Shown: one piece after another, positions 36,154 through 45,555 of the stretch
How the letters are laid out: the number at the start of each line of letters is the position of its first letter
How positions within the stretch are numbered: the first letter of the stretch is position 1
Assembly (NCBI GenBank): GCA_945891385.1
Contig: CAMDDJ010000004.1
Span: 3,932 to 67,931, forward strand
Source: Candidatus Kuenenia stuttgartensis
GTDB lineage: Bacteria; Planctomycetota; Planctomycetia; Pirellulales; UBA1268
Length of the DNA stretch: 64,000 nt
Direction: 5' to 3'
The notes under the pieces: generated by a model
What the model was told of the DNA's origin: nothing
What the model saw: the letters and a program-made list of their open reading frames with translations, nothing else
The model's database searches: none
Program-made: the position numbers and the translations under genes

Positions 36154-38769
36154 ATGTCGCAGCAGCACTCGAACTTCTACCAGCGGCACAGCGTGGCCAT
36201 TCTGGCGGTGCTGGCGTTTCTCCTGCCGCTGGTCGTCGTCGGGGCGATCAAAGCCAAGGGCAACAACCGCAATGACGTCAAAGGCTGGCTGCCGCTGGAG
36301 TATCCAGAGACCCAGACATACCGCTTTTTCCGCCAGAATTTCCAGGGCGAGGAGTTCATCCTGATCTCCTGGGACGGCTGCACCATGGCCGATCCCCGCC
36401 TGGAACTCCTCGCCGACAAACTCTTCCCGCCGCCGGAAGAGGCGGCCCGGATCGACCGGCCAATTTATTTTAAGACGGCTCAGACGGGGCCGCGGGCCGT
36501 GAAGCAGATGACCTCCGAGCCCCTCGAACTCGACACCGACGAGGCTGTCAGGCGGCTCACCGGGGCCCTGATCGGCCCCCCTGCGGCGGGCATCGAAGCC
36601 GGCTCTCCGGAAGACGACCTCGAAGCCCGCCAGACCTGCCTCGTCCTGACGCTCGCCGACACCGCCCGGGCCAACCTCCACGGGGCGATCGACGAGATCA
36701 AAGCGGTCGCCACGAAGGAGTGTGGCATCCCGGAAGCCGACCTGCACATGGGGGGCCCGCCGGTCGACAACGTGTCGATCGACAAGGCGGGCCAGACCAG
36801 CGTGACGATCCTGTTCGGCCTGTCGTTGGTCGTGGGCTTCTTCGTCAGCTGGTGGAGCCTCAAGAGCAAGGCGTTGGTTGGATTGGTCCTCGCCTCAGGC
36901 GTGTACAGCATGTTCGCCAGCCTGGCGATCGTCTGGTACTCGGGCTATCCGGTCGATGCGATCCTCCTGACCATGCCCTCGCTGGTCTACGTGGCCACCA
37001 CCTCCGGCGCGATCCATCTGGCCAACTATTATCGCGATCAGCTGGCCGAGACGGGCGTTCAGAAGGGTGCGGCCGGTGAAGCGGTCCACCACGCTCTGTT
37101 GCCGCTCTCGTTGGCCACCGGGACGACCGCCGTCGGACTGGCGACCCTCGCCGTCAGCGAATTGGTGCCGATCAAGATGTTCGGCATCTTTTCAGCGATC
37201 GGCGTCGCCGTCAGTTTCGTGATCCTGATCACGTTCATGCCGGCGATGCTCGAACTCTTTCCGCCGAAGCTGAAACTCGGCGGGGCAGGCGACGGCGGGG
37301 AATCGAACTGGCGGCCGATCGAGCAGAGCCCGTGGTGGAAGGTGGGCCAGTGGATCACCCGGCACCACGCCCTTGCCACGACCGGCTGCCTCCTGCTGAT
37401 GGCGGGCGTCGGCTACGGCATGACGCGGGTCGAGAGCAGCGTCCAGTTGATGCGGCTCTTTTCCCCGAAGGCCCGGATCCGCACGGATTACCAGTGGCTG
37501 GAGAAGCACCTCGGCCCGCTGGTGCCGATGGAGATCCTCGTGCGGATCAATGACGACGAGTGCAGCCTCGACTTCCGTGAGCGGATGGAACTCGTTGAAA
37601 CCATCCAGCAGAAGATCGCCGGGCTCCGGGAGGTCGGCAGTTCGCTCTCGACGGTCACCTTCAGCCGCGGGCTCGAGGTGAGCGAGGGAGGCGGGGGCTT
37701 CGGCCGGGTCTTCGGTCTCAACAAGGAGCGGCAGAAGGACATCCTCTCTCGGGCCCTGACCCGTCATCGGCCCGAGTTCCTCAAGGGCGACTACCTGCGC
37801 GAGGCCGAGGTCACCGAGCCGGTCGGTCCCGTGCCCGAGCTGCCGCCGCCCAACTTTCTGGCTGGTATCGGGCATCAGCTCGGCCTCCTCTCCAAGCCTG
37901 AACCGCCGCCGATGGCCACCGATACCCACGAAGAAGAACTCTGGCGGATCAGCGCGCGGGTGAGTGCCGTCCAGGAAGTCGACTACGCCCTGTTCAAGGC
38001 CGAGCTTCAGCGGGAGATCGACCCGATTCTCGCCGGACTCGAGCAGGATGGCGTCGAAGGGGTGTCGGTCGACTACACGGGGCTCGTGCCCTTGGTCTAC
38101 AAGGCCCAGCACTCCCTTCTCGACGGGCTCCAGATCGGTTTCATCTGGGACTTCGCGATCATCGTCTTCGTGATGATCCTGCTCTGCCGGGCGGCCTCCG
38201 CCGGGCTCGTGCTCCTCCTGCCGGCGGCCTTCCCGGCCGTGATGGTGTTTGGCGGCATGGGGTGGGGCAACTCGCTGCTGAAGTCGCTCGATGCGGGCAC
38301 GCTCCTGATCGACATCGGCACCGTGATGGCGCCGAGCGTGGCCCTGGGCGTGACGGTGGACGACGTCGTCCACTTCATGCTCTGGTTCCGCAAAGGCATC
38401 TCCGAAGGCCTCGACCGGCGGCAGGCCACGATGCTCGCCTACAAGGGCTGTGCCCGGGCGATGTACCAGAGCTGGGGCGTGATCGGGATCGGTCTGTCGG
38501 TCTTCTCGCTCTCCCCCTTCGGCCCGACCCAGCGATTCGGCTACATGATGCTCTCGATGCTCACCATCGCTCTGGTCGGCAACCTCGTCTTCCTGCCGGC
38601 TCTGCTCTCGGGTCCGCTCGGTGGGGTGTTTGCCGCGAGCGTGTTGCGGAACGACCGACGGAAACAGGGCCGGGAACGCGGCCGCCGGGTGACAACCGAT
38701 CCGGGGAGCGACTTGCTTCCCGCTCCCCACGTCTCGCCAGGGCCGGCGAAGCAGGTCGTGCATGCCTGA
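36154..38769 (+). CDS. MMPL/RND superfamily transporter
   Basis: Start at MSQQHSNFYQRHSVAILAVLAFLL. It is 871 aa with two 5-6 TM bundles, each following a large soluble loop. Substrate unknown. Confidence 0.8.
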   Translation: MSQQHSNFYQRHSVAILAVLAFLLPLVVVGAIKAKGNNRNDVKGWLPLEYPETQTYRFFRQNFQGEEFILISWDGCTMADPRLELLADKLFPPPEEAARIDRPIYFKTAQTGPRAVKQMTSEPLELDTDEAVRRLTGALIGPPAAGIEAGSPEDDLEARQTCLVLTLADTARANLHGAIDEIKAVATKECGIPEADLHMGGPPVDNVSIDKAGQTSVTILFGLSLVVGFFVSWWSLKSKALVGLVLASGVYSMFASLAIVWYSGYPVDAILLTMPSLVYVATTSGAIHLANYYRDQLAETGVQKGAAGEAVHHALLPLSLATGTTAVGLATLAVSELVPIKMFGIFSAIGVAVSFVILITFMPAMLELFPPKLKLGGAGDGGESNWRPIEQSPWWKVGQWITRHHALATTGCLLLMAGVGYGMTRVESSVQLMRLFSPKARIRTDYQWLEKHLGPLVPMEILVRINDDECSLDFRERMELVETIQQKIAGLREVGSSLSTVTFSRGLEVSEGGGGFGRVFGLNKERQKDILSRALTRHRPEFLKGDYLREAEVTEPVGPVPELPPPNFLAGIGHQLGLLSKPEPPPMATDTHEEELWRISARVSAVQEVDYALFKAELQREIDPILAGLEQDGVEGVSVDYTGLVPLVYKAQHSLLDGLQIGFIWDFAIIVFVMILLCRAASAGLVLLLPAAFPAVMVFGGMGWGNSLLKSLDAGTLLIDIGTVMAPSVALGVTVDDVVHFMLWFRKGISEGLDRRQATMLAYKGCARAMYQSWGVIGIGLSVFSLSPFGPTQRFGYMMLSMLTIALVGNLVFLPALLSGPLGGVFAASVLRNDRRKQGRERGRRVTTDPGSDLLPAPHVSPGPAKQVVHA

Positions 38770-39967
38770 TGGCCTGCCGACCGCGACGGTGATCCTCAAG
38801 CCCCGCCGGGCGCGTCCCTTTTTCGGCCGCCATCCCTGGGTGCTCGATTCGGCGGTCGACCGGGTCGACGGAGCCCCTGCCGACGGCGACGTCGTGGATC
38901 TCGTGACGCACGATGGATCCTTCGTGGCCCGAGGCCTTTGGAACTCTCAGAGCCGGCTTCGGCTACGACTCTACGGCTTCGATTCGTCCACACCGCTCGA
39001 CGACGGCGTCTGGCGGCGCCGAATCGAGGCAGCCGTCGGCCTGCGGCAGGCGCTCGGGCTGGACTCCCGCGACGGTGCAGCCCGGCTGGTCAACAGCGAG
39101 GGCGACGATCTCTCCGGGCTGATCGTCGATCGGTATGGTGAGTACCTCGCCGTTCAGGTGACGGCCCTGGCGATGCAGCCGCGGCTCGAATTGATCGCCG
39201 ACGTGCTGCAAGACGTCGCCGCCCCGCGTGGGATTCTGCTGCGGGGTGCCGAACGGGGGCTGTCCAAGCTCGAAGGGCTCCACCTGCCTGACCGGCTCCT
39301 GCGCGGCACGGAACCCGACGGCCCGATCTTCGTTACCGAGCACGGCCTGCGGTTTGGGGTGGACCTTGCCGAGGGGCAGAAAACGGGCTTCTACCTCGAT
39401 CAGCGGGACAACCGGCAGGCTGCGGCCCGGTTCGCAGCAGGTCGGCGGGTGCTCGACATGTTCTGCTATTCCGGTGGCTTCGCGGTGGCCTGCGCCGTCA
39501 CCGGGCGGGCGCGGAGCGTGCTTGCCGTCGACACCAGCGCCAAGGCGACGGCCCTGGCCCGGGCCAACGCCGACTTCAACGGCGCGGCGAATGTCGCGGT
39601 GGAGACGGCCGACGGTTTCGAGAAGCTCGACGCCCTCGCCACCGCCGGGGAGTCCTTCGGGATGGTTGTGCTCGATCCGCCCAAGTTTGCCCGGAGTCGC
39701 GGCGCGGTCGACGACGCGCTCCGCGCCTACCACCGGATCAATCGCGTTGCCTGCGACCTGCTGGAACCTGGCGGCATTCTCGTCACCTGCTCCTGCTCCG
39801 GCTCGGTCACCCGGGAGGACTTCCTCCAGATGCTCGCCGGCGTCGCCCAGCGGTCGGGTCGCATGCTCCAACTGCTCGAGATCCGCGGCGCAGCGGCTGA
39901 TCACCCGGTCAGCGTCAGCTGTCTGGAGGGCGAGTACCTCAAGTGCGTCATCGCCCGCGTGGTCTGA
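38762..39967 (+). CDS. RlmI-like class I SAM-dependent rRNA (m5C) methyltransferase (PUA + MTase)
   Basis: 401 aa. Motifs: ILKPRRARPFFGRHPWV, GLIVDRYG, QKTGFYLDQR, DMFCYSGGFAV, VLDPPKFA. It overlaps the MMPL stop by 8 nt. Confidence 0.8.
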   Translation: MPDGLPTATVILKPRRARPFFGRHPWVLDSAVDRVDGAPADGDVVDLVTHDGSFVARGLWNSQSRLRLRLYGFDSSTPLDDGVWRRRIEAAVGLRQALGLDSRDGAARLVNSEGDDLSGLIVDRYGEYLAVQVTALAMQPRLELIADVLQDVAAPRGILLRGAERGLSKLEGLHLPDRLLRGTEPDGPIFVTEHGLRFGVDLAEGQKTGFYLDQRDNRQAAARFAAGRRVLDMFCYSGGFAVACAVTGRARSVLAVDTSAKATALARANADFNGAANVAVETADGFEKLDALATAGESFGMVVLDPPKFARSRGAVDDALRAYHRINRVACDLLEPGGILVTCSCSGSVTREDFLQMLAGVAQRSGRMLQLLEIRGAAADHPVSVSCLEGEYLKCVIARVV

Positions 39968-39975
39968 GCGGCCAG

Positions 39976-40102
39976 CCCCCTCGCCTCGCGTCAACCGTGG
40001 CTCAACCGGCTCGGGGGCGGCAAAAGTCGCGTCGCGGGCGAGGATACGCCCCAATTGCTCCGCGAGCGTTCGCCGACCCCCTCGCCTTGCGTCAACCGTG
40101 GC
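39976..40102 (+). repeat. intergenic repeat family, copy 3 (1.26 tandem units of ~101 nt)
   Basis: The 26-mer CCCCCTCGCCT(C/T)GCGTCAACCGTGGC occurs at 39976-40001 and 40077-40102 (25/26 identical). The core at 40019-40086 is about 95% identical to copy 2. Confidence 0.9.
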
Positions 40103-40146
40103 AGCCGATTCGTCGCGGCGGCGATCCACGGCGTGTTCTCATCGCT

Positions 40147-41208
40147 CTATGGCCTGATGGCTTCGATCAGGTGGTAGCCCTTCACCTGCTCTTCCGCCAC
40201 GTCCTGCCACATGCGGGGCAGATGCTCGAGGTACCAGGAGGGCTGTTTTGTGACGACCAAAAGCGTGCCTCCCGGCGCGAGCGCGAGCCGAGCAGACTCG
40301 ACGAACTTCTCCGCGATTTCGAAGTCGGCATAGTAGGGAGGATTGGCAAGCGCCAAGTCCCACGAGCCCCGGTCGGGCACACGGCCCTCGGCCTCCAGGG
40401 CTCCGGAGAGATTCGCCAGCTGGTTGAGCTCGGCGGCGAGCCTGGTGCACTCCACCGCCCGAGCCGCGGAGTCGAAGGCGTGGACGCGCACGCTCGGATC
40501 GCGGGCCGCGATGCCCAGCGCCACGCAGCCGGAGCCACAGCCGATGTCGAGCACGCTCGTGCCTGGAGCCACGTCGACGGCGTTGAGGAGATGGCGAGCT
40601 CCGGGATCGATTCGCCGATGGGCGAATACGCCCGGCCGCGTGACGGCGGTGAGCAGCCGTTCGCGGTCGCGGAACACGAACCGGTGGGAGAAGTCGCGGG
40701 CCCTGGTCGGCTCACGGGTCTTTTCCACGATGTAGCCGATCACGTCGCTGCGGCTGGCCGCGGGCCGCACCCGCACCGTCTCACCGGTGGCCGCCAGTTG
40801 CTCGCGCAGCCACTTGTCTCGGGCGTTGTCCACGGTGGTCACGAGCCGGCCGCCGATCGCGAGCTGCTGGAGGGCCTGCTGGAGGATGTCGCGCGAGAGC
40901 TCGGTCTCGCCGGCTTTCGCCAGCGGCACCACGGCCAGATCGAACGGGCCGGCTGGCATGTCGGCCGTGCAGACGGCCGCCAGATTCGACGGAGCGGCAC
41001 CCCACGAGGCCCGGGCCGTGTCGCACTGATGCAGGTCGAGAAACCAGGCCGTCACCGTGGCCGCGGGCCGGGCGGTCGCCAGCGACGAGGCGGCCTGTCC
41101 CCGGCCGATGCTTGTGGAGACGATCCGCTCGCCCGGCAGCGAGGCGGCCAGCTCGAGGGCGTGTGCTTCGGCCGGGCGGGCAGGGAGCGGGTGAGGAGCG
41201 TCAGGCAT
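40147..41208 (-). CDS. RsmC/RlmG-like class I SAM-dependent methyltransferase (MTS domain)
   Basis: Start at MPDAPHPL. Motifs: VLDIGCGSGCVAL (motif I) and LALANPPYYADF (NPPY, N-methyltransferase motif IV). The N-terminal half is a second, degenerate MTase-like domain. Confidence 0.75.
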   Translation of the reverse strand: MPDAPHPLPARPAEAHALELAASLPGERIVSTSIGRGQAASSLATARPAATVTAWFLDLHQCDTARASWGAAPSNLAAVCTADMPAGPFDLAVVPLAKAGETELSRDILQQALQQLAIGGRLVTTVDNARDKWLREQLAATGETVRVRPAASRSDVIGYIVEKTREPTRARDFSHRFVFRDRERLLTAVTRPGVFAHRRIDPGARHLLNAVDVAPGTSVLDIGCGSGCVALGIAARDPSVRVHAFDSAARAVECTRLAAELNQLANLSGALEAEGRVPDRGSWDLALANPPYYADFEIAEKFVESARLALAPGGTLLVVTKQPSWYLEHLPRMWQDVAEEQVKGYHLIEAIRP

Positions 41209-41357
41209 GTATAGAGAGCATAGCACCGGTCTGCCGCCACAGGATGCGGCGATCGGAGACCCGGGAAACCCTTCGCGTTTCCTGCGGTCGCCCGAGTGGA
41301 AAAAGGCCATGGAAGGCGTTTTTCACGGACAGTGTGCGCCGCGGCCTGCGTGGTGTC

Positions 41358-42863
41358 CTACTCGAGCGGCTCGAGGGTGAGCGGGTCGCGGAGCGGCAGG
41401 TGGGTCACCTTGCCGTCGAAGAACTCGCCCATGCTGGCCCGTTTGTCGAGATCGCCGGCCGCAATCGCCTCCCAGTCGCCGACGACGAGGATGGCCATCT
41501 CCGCCGGATCAAGATGCTTGCGTGCCACCCGGCGGAGATCCTCCCGGGTGACGGCCGCCACCTTGTCGCGGAATGTCTTCCAGTAGTCGGCCGGCCGCTT
41601 CGTCCACTCGTCGTTGACGAACACCCCGAGCGTCTTCGGCTTGCTCTCGAACTGGCGAGGAAAGGTCTCGATCAGTGACTTTTTGGCCGTCTCCAGTTCA
41701 TCCTCGGTGACGAGTTCGTCGCTCAGCGACCGCAGTTCATCGAACACGATCTTAGTGGCCAGGGCCACCGTCGCGTTTTTGCTCTCGAAGCCGGCATAGA
41801 AGATACCCGGGTACTCGACGTTGGCCGTCACGACCGACCGAGCCGAGTAGGCCAGCCCTTCGTTGCTCCGGATCTTCTGCATCAATCGGCTGGTGAACCC
41901 TCCCGCTCCGAGGATCTCGTTGAGCAGCGTCAACGGGATGTCGTCGGGATCGTCGCGGGTGATCGACCGCTTGCCGATCAGCACCTTGCCCTGGGGAATG
42001 TCCTTGGGAACGTGGTAGACCCCCGGCTTCAATTCGGCCACGGGGGCCGCTGGTGCCGGAGCCTCCGGGCCGCGGCTCCAGCCTGCCAATGCCCGCTCAA
42101 GGGCGGCGAGCATCGTCGCCTCGTCGAAATCTCCCGAGACCGCCACGATCATGTTGCCAGGATGGAAGATCCGCCGGTGCATCTCCTGGAGCTGCTCCCG
42201 GGAGGTCGCCTCCACGCTCGCCGCGGTCGGCTCGGCCGCCGAAAAGTGGTCGGGGCCGAAGGCGAGCCGCTTCCATTCCCGGCCCATGATCGACGTGGCA
42301 TCGTCGTTTCGCTGGGCGAGCTGGGCCAGCAGCCGGGCCTTGGTGGTTTCCAGCCGGTCGGCATCGAACGCCGGCTCCCGAAGCATGTCGAGAAACAGTC
42401 TGAAGCTGTCGTCGAAGGTGCTCGCCAGGCAGTTCATCGTGGCGGTGGTGAAGGTGTCGGTGGCGGAGACGGCCACGTCCGTTGCGAGAAAGTCGAGCTC
42501 TTCGTCGAACTCGGCCGCCGGCTTCCGCGCGGTACCCCCTTCGCGAACGAGCCGGGCCGTCAGCGAAGCCAGGCCAGGATTGCCGGCAGGGTCGAGCGAG
42601 CGGCCACCCTTGAAGGTGATTGAAAGATTGATGAGCGGCAGTTCGTGAGACGGAGCCAGAAAGACGACGGTGCCTTCGGAGAGCACATGGCGAAACGCGG
42701 CGGCTGACGGCGGCTCGAATGCCAGCGGAGGAAACGCGATCGCTTCCGGCCGGGCTGGCAGCGGCAGCGTGGCCTCGGCAGCTAATGACGACCGATTCGT
42801 CACGATGAGCAGAAGGCCGGCACTCAGGGCGAGTCGAACCGGGAAGGGTCTGAGAAGTCGCAT
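41358..42863 (-). CDS. M16 family peptidase-like protein (non-catalytic subunit type, no HxxEH), secreted
   Basis: 501 aa with signal peptide MRLLRPFPVRLALSAGLLLIV. It has M16-like domains but I see no HxxEH motif. It is paired with the catalytic M16 gene upstream. Confidence 0.75.
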   Translation of the reverse strand: MRLLRPFPVRLALSAGLLLIVTNRSSLAAEATLPLPARPEAIAFPPLAFEPPSAAAFRHVLSEGTVVFLAPSHELPLINLSITFKGGRSLDPAGNPGLASLTARLVREGGTARKPAAEFDEELDFLATDVAVSATDTFTTATMNCLASTFDDSFRLFLDMLREPAFDADRLETTKARLLAQLAQRNDDATSIMGREWKRLAFGPDHFSAAEPTAASVEATSREQLQEMHRRIFHPGNMIVAVSGDFDEATMLAALERALAGWSRGPEAPAPAAPVAELKPGVYHVPKDIPQGKVLIGKRSITRDDPDDIPLTLLNEILGAGGFTSRLMQKIRSNEGLAYSARSVVTANVEYPGIFYAGFESKNATVALATKIVFDELRSLSDELVTEDELETAKKSLIETFPRQFESKPKTLGVFVNDEWTKRPADYWKTFRDKVAAVTREDLRRVARKHLDPAEMAILVVGDWEAIAAGDLDKRASMGEFFDGKVTHLPLRDPLTLEPLE

Positions 42864-42879
42864 GTCTGGAAGCCTCGGA

Positions 42880-44439
42880 TCAGTTCGCCTGGCGGCGGTA
42901 GATCGCCACGCTGCGGTTGGTTGGGGTGAAGTAAGTTCGGGCCACCCGGCGGATGTCGGCGGCCGTCACGGCCTCGTACTTGGCCGGCGCGTCGTTGATC
43001 TCCCGCCAGTCGAGAATCGCCTCCGCGAAGGCGAGCTGGATGAAGAGCGACATGTTGCTCTCGAGCCGGCGGTAATTCTCCGCGGCCAGGCGGTTCTTCA
43101 CCTTACGGAGTTCCCGGTCCGGCACGTCCGCATCCTGGAGGCGGGCCAGTTCCTCGTACCAGGCGGCCTCGAGGTCGGCGGGCGTGGCCTCGCCCCGGGC
43201 ATGGGCCGAAACGGCGAAGAGTCCCGCGTACTTTCGAGTGTCGGAGGCTGCGCCGGCCGTCGCCGCGATGCCCCGGCCCTCGACGAGGCCCGTGAAGAGC
43301 CGGCCGGTGCGCTCGTTGAGCAGCTCGGCCAGCATGTCGAGCGGATAGCTGTCGACATGGCCGGCGGGAACGGTGTGGTAGCGAAGCTCGATTCCCGGCG
43401 GGAAATCCCCGTCGGCGATCATCCGCTGTTCGGCAAGCTGGGGCACTTCGAGCGTCACCACCGGGGGCGGCTCGCGGTCACCCGGTACGAGCCGGGAGAA
43501 GTAACGGCTGATCATCTGCTTTGCGATCACCGGATCGAAATCACCCACCACGATCCCGAAGAGATTCTTGGGCCGGTAGTAGACGTTCCAATATTCCTGG
43601 GCCTGGTCGAAGGTGTAGCTGTTGAGATCGCTCGGCCAGCCGATCACCGGCCAGGAGTAGCCGCTCGATGCCCAGAACATCGCGTCGAACTGCTCCTCGA
43701 ACTTGCCCGTGGGCGTGCTCTCGGTCCTCAGCCGCCGCTCCTCGTGGACCACGTCGCGTTCGGAGTAAAACTCGCGGAACACGCTGTCGTGGAGCCGATC
43801 GCTCTCCATCCAGGCCCAGAGCTCGAGCTTGTTCGACGGGATCGTGATGAAATAGCAGGTGATGTCGTAGGTGGTGAAGGCGTTCATGCCGCTACCGCCG
43901 GCCCGGGTGTAGACCTGATCGAATTCGTCCTTCACGATCGTGCCCGCGTCCGGTCCGCCCGCGCCGCGACCCTGCTGGGCCTTGATCAGCGCATCGAGCC
44001 TCCCGCGGAGCACCCGGAGTTGCTGGGTGTCGTTGGCAGGATCCCAGGGGTCGTCGATCTCCCCCTTGAAGAACCGGTCGTATTGCCGTGTCCAGACGAG
44101 TTGATTGATCTCGTCGCGGACCGCCTGCTGTTCGGCTCGGTAGCGGGCGTCCTTCGCGGGGTCGCGGGTGCCGATCGTGCCCGTGCCCTTGAACATCATG
44201 TGTTCGAAGAAGTGGCTGATGCCGGTGATGCCAGGCCGTTCGTTGACGCTGCCCACGCGGGCCACCCAGCCCGCGCTGACCACGTCGGGCTGATCCGATC
44301 GGGGCACGAGCAGGAATTGCATGCCGTTCGGAAGCGTGAATTCTTCGACGGCCACCTGCTGGGCGGGCAGCGGGGTGCCGCCGATGCAGGCGGCGAGCAG
44401 GCAGCCGATCACGAGCGAGGAGCGAAACAAATGAGTCAA
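42880..44439 (-). CDS. M16 family zinc metallopeptidase (insulinase-like)
   Basis: Contains ISHFFEHMMFKGT (HxxEH zinc motif). There is no in-frame ATG before the signal/lipobox-like SLVIGCLLAAC, so I propose the TTG at 44439 (AGGTG lies 5 nt upstream). The rest of ORF 42880..45105 is upstream read-through. Confidence 0.8.
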   Translation of the reverse strand: MTHLFRSSLVIGCLLAACIGGTPLPAQQVAVEEFTLPNGMQFLLVPRSDQPDVVSAGWVARVGSVNERPGITGISHFFEHMMFKGTGTIGTRDPAKDARYRAEQQAVRDEINQLVWTRQYDRFFKGEIDDPWDPANDTQQLRVLRGRLDALIKAQQGRGAGGPDAGTIVKDEFDQVYTRAGGSGMNAFTTYDITCYFITIPSNKLELWAWMESDRLHDSVFREFYSERDVVHEERRLRTESTPTGKFEEQFDAMFWASSGYSWPVIGWPSDLNSYTFDQAQEYWNVYYRPKNLFGIVVGDFDPVIAKQMISRYFSRLVPGDREPPPVVTLEVPQLAEQRMIADGDFPPGIELRYHTVPAGHVDSYPLDMLAELLNERTGRLFTGLVEGRGIAATAGAASDTRKYAGLFAVSAHARGEATPADLEAAWYEELARLQDADVPDRELRKVKNRLAAENYRRLESNMSLFIQLAFAEAILDWREINDAPAKYEAVTAADIRRVARTYFTPTNRSVAIYRRQAN

Positions 44440-44680
44440 AAAACACCTGCGGCATGACGAAGAGGGCGGCCAGAGCGGCCGCGAAACCACCGGCGTGGTT
44501 ATAGCGGCGGCCGCAGGAAGTGTCCGCGCCAGCCCTGCGGCTGGCTTCCGGCAGAGAGGGAGATCGTTCGCCCGGCCGGGGCGGCCTGCGAAGAATCGAG
44601 CCTGGAGGGTGGCGCCGCGGTCCGCTCGCCCGATTGTCCGATCTCGCCGCCGCGGCGGTAGCGGAGAAGGGGTTCTTCCG

Positions 44681-45130
44681 ATGGCTGCGATCGACCGAAC
44701 CGACCCCGTGATCATGGGGCACCTGCTGGCCCAGCACCGCGAACTCCACGACCTGCTCGTCGAGGCGCGGGGGGCGTTCGAGTCGCCGCCTCGCGAGGCC
44801 GAGCTGGCCCGCGGCCGACTCGAGCGGCTGCGGGAGCATCTCGCCCGGCATTTCGCCCAGGAAGAGGAGGGAGGGTTTTTGGAGGAATCGCTCGTTCGGA
44901 TGCCCCGGCTTGCGGCCGCCGCGCGAGACGTGGTCGCTGAGCATCCCGTGCTGCTCGCCGACCTCGACCGCTTGCTCGAACGCCTCGCGGCGCGAGATAT
45001 TGAAAGCGACTCGTGGCGGCAGGCCGGCCACGACTTCGAGGCCTTCGCCTCCCGCCTGCTGGCCCACGAAAGGAACGAGAATGCGGTCGTGCAGGACGGA
45101 TACAACGAAGATCTCGGGCTCGGTGACTGA
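44681..45130 (+). CDS. hemerythrin (HHE cation-binding) domain protein
   Basis: Start at MAAIDRTDP. It shows spaced His/Glu ligand patterns: LAQHRELHDLL, LREHLARHFAQEEEGGF, VAEHPVLL, LLAHERNEN. Confidence 0.6.
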   Translation: MAAIDRTDPVIMGHLLAQHRELHDLLVEARGAFESPPREAELARGRLERLREHLARHFAQEEEGGFLEESLVRMPRLAAAARDVVAEHPVLLADLDRLLERLAARDIESDSWRQAGHDFEAFASRLLAHERNENAVVQDGYNEDLGLGD

Positions 45131-45146
45131 GCGACTCCGGTGGGGC

Positions 45147-45521
45147 ATGGCGTTCGGCGGAGCCGCGGCGACCGTTTTGGCCGTGACGTGGCCCTCGGCC
45201 GCCGAGGTTGCCACCGATCAGGTCGCCGGCTTCATGCGGGCCAAGCTCGCCCACTCACAGAACGTCCTCGAAGGGCTGACGACCGAGGATTTCGACCTGA
45301 TCGAGCGAGGTGCCCAGGAACTCTCGCTGGCCAGCCTCGATTCCAACTGGCAGGTGCTTCAGACGGAGGACTACGTTCGGCAGAGCGCGGAGTTCCGCCG
45401 CGCCTGCGACTCGCTCCGCGATGCCGCCCAGCGGAAGAACCTCGATGGTGCGACCGTGGCCTGGATGGATGTCACGATCAAGTGCGTGCAGTGCCACAAG
45501 TACGTCCGCGACGTCGAGTGA
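45147..45521 (+). CDS. class II (cytochrome c'-like) four-helix c-type cytochrome, secreted
   Basis: 124 aa with signal-like MAFGGAAATVLAVTWPSAA. It has a single CxxCH (CVQCHKY) near the C-terminus, as in the cytochrome c'/c556 family. An alternative GTG start is at 45123. Confidence 0.6.
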   Translation: MAFGGAAATVLAVTWPSAAEVATDQVAGFMRAKLAHSQNVLEGLTTEDFDLIERGAQELSLASLDSNWQVLQTEDYVRQSAEFRRACDSLRDAAQRKNLDGATVAWMDVTIKCVQCHKYVRDVE

Positions 45522-45555
45522 GTGTACGGGCCACGTCGTCGCCAGTGGTCGGCCG

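Noticed and set aside
43892-45214. An ATG-initiated ORF (MPQVFFDSF... segment) overlapping the 5' end of the M16 peptidase, suggesting a frameshifted start
   Set aside because: The peptidase frame has a plausible TTG start (44439) with an AGGTG 5 nt upstream and a signal/lipobox sequence right after it. The other frame has no recognisable features, so no frameshift needs to be invoked.
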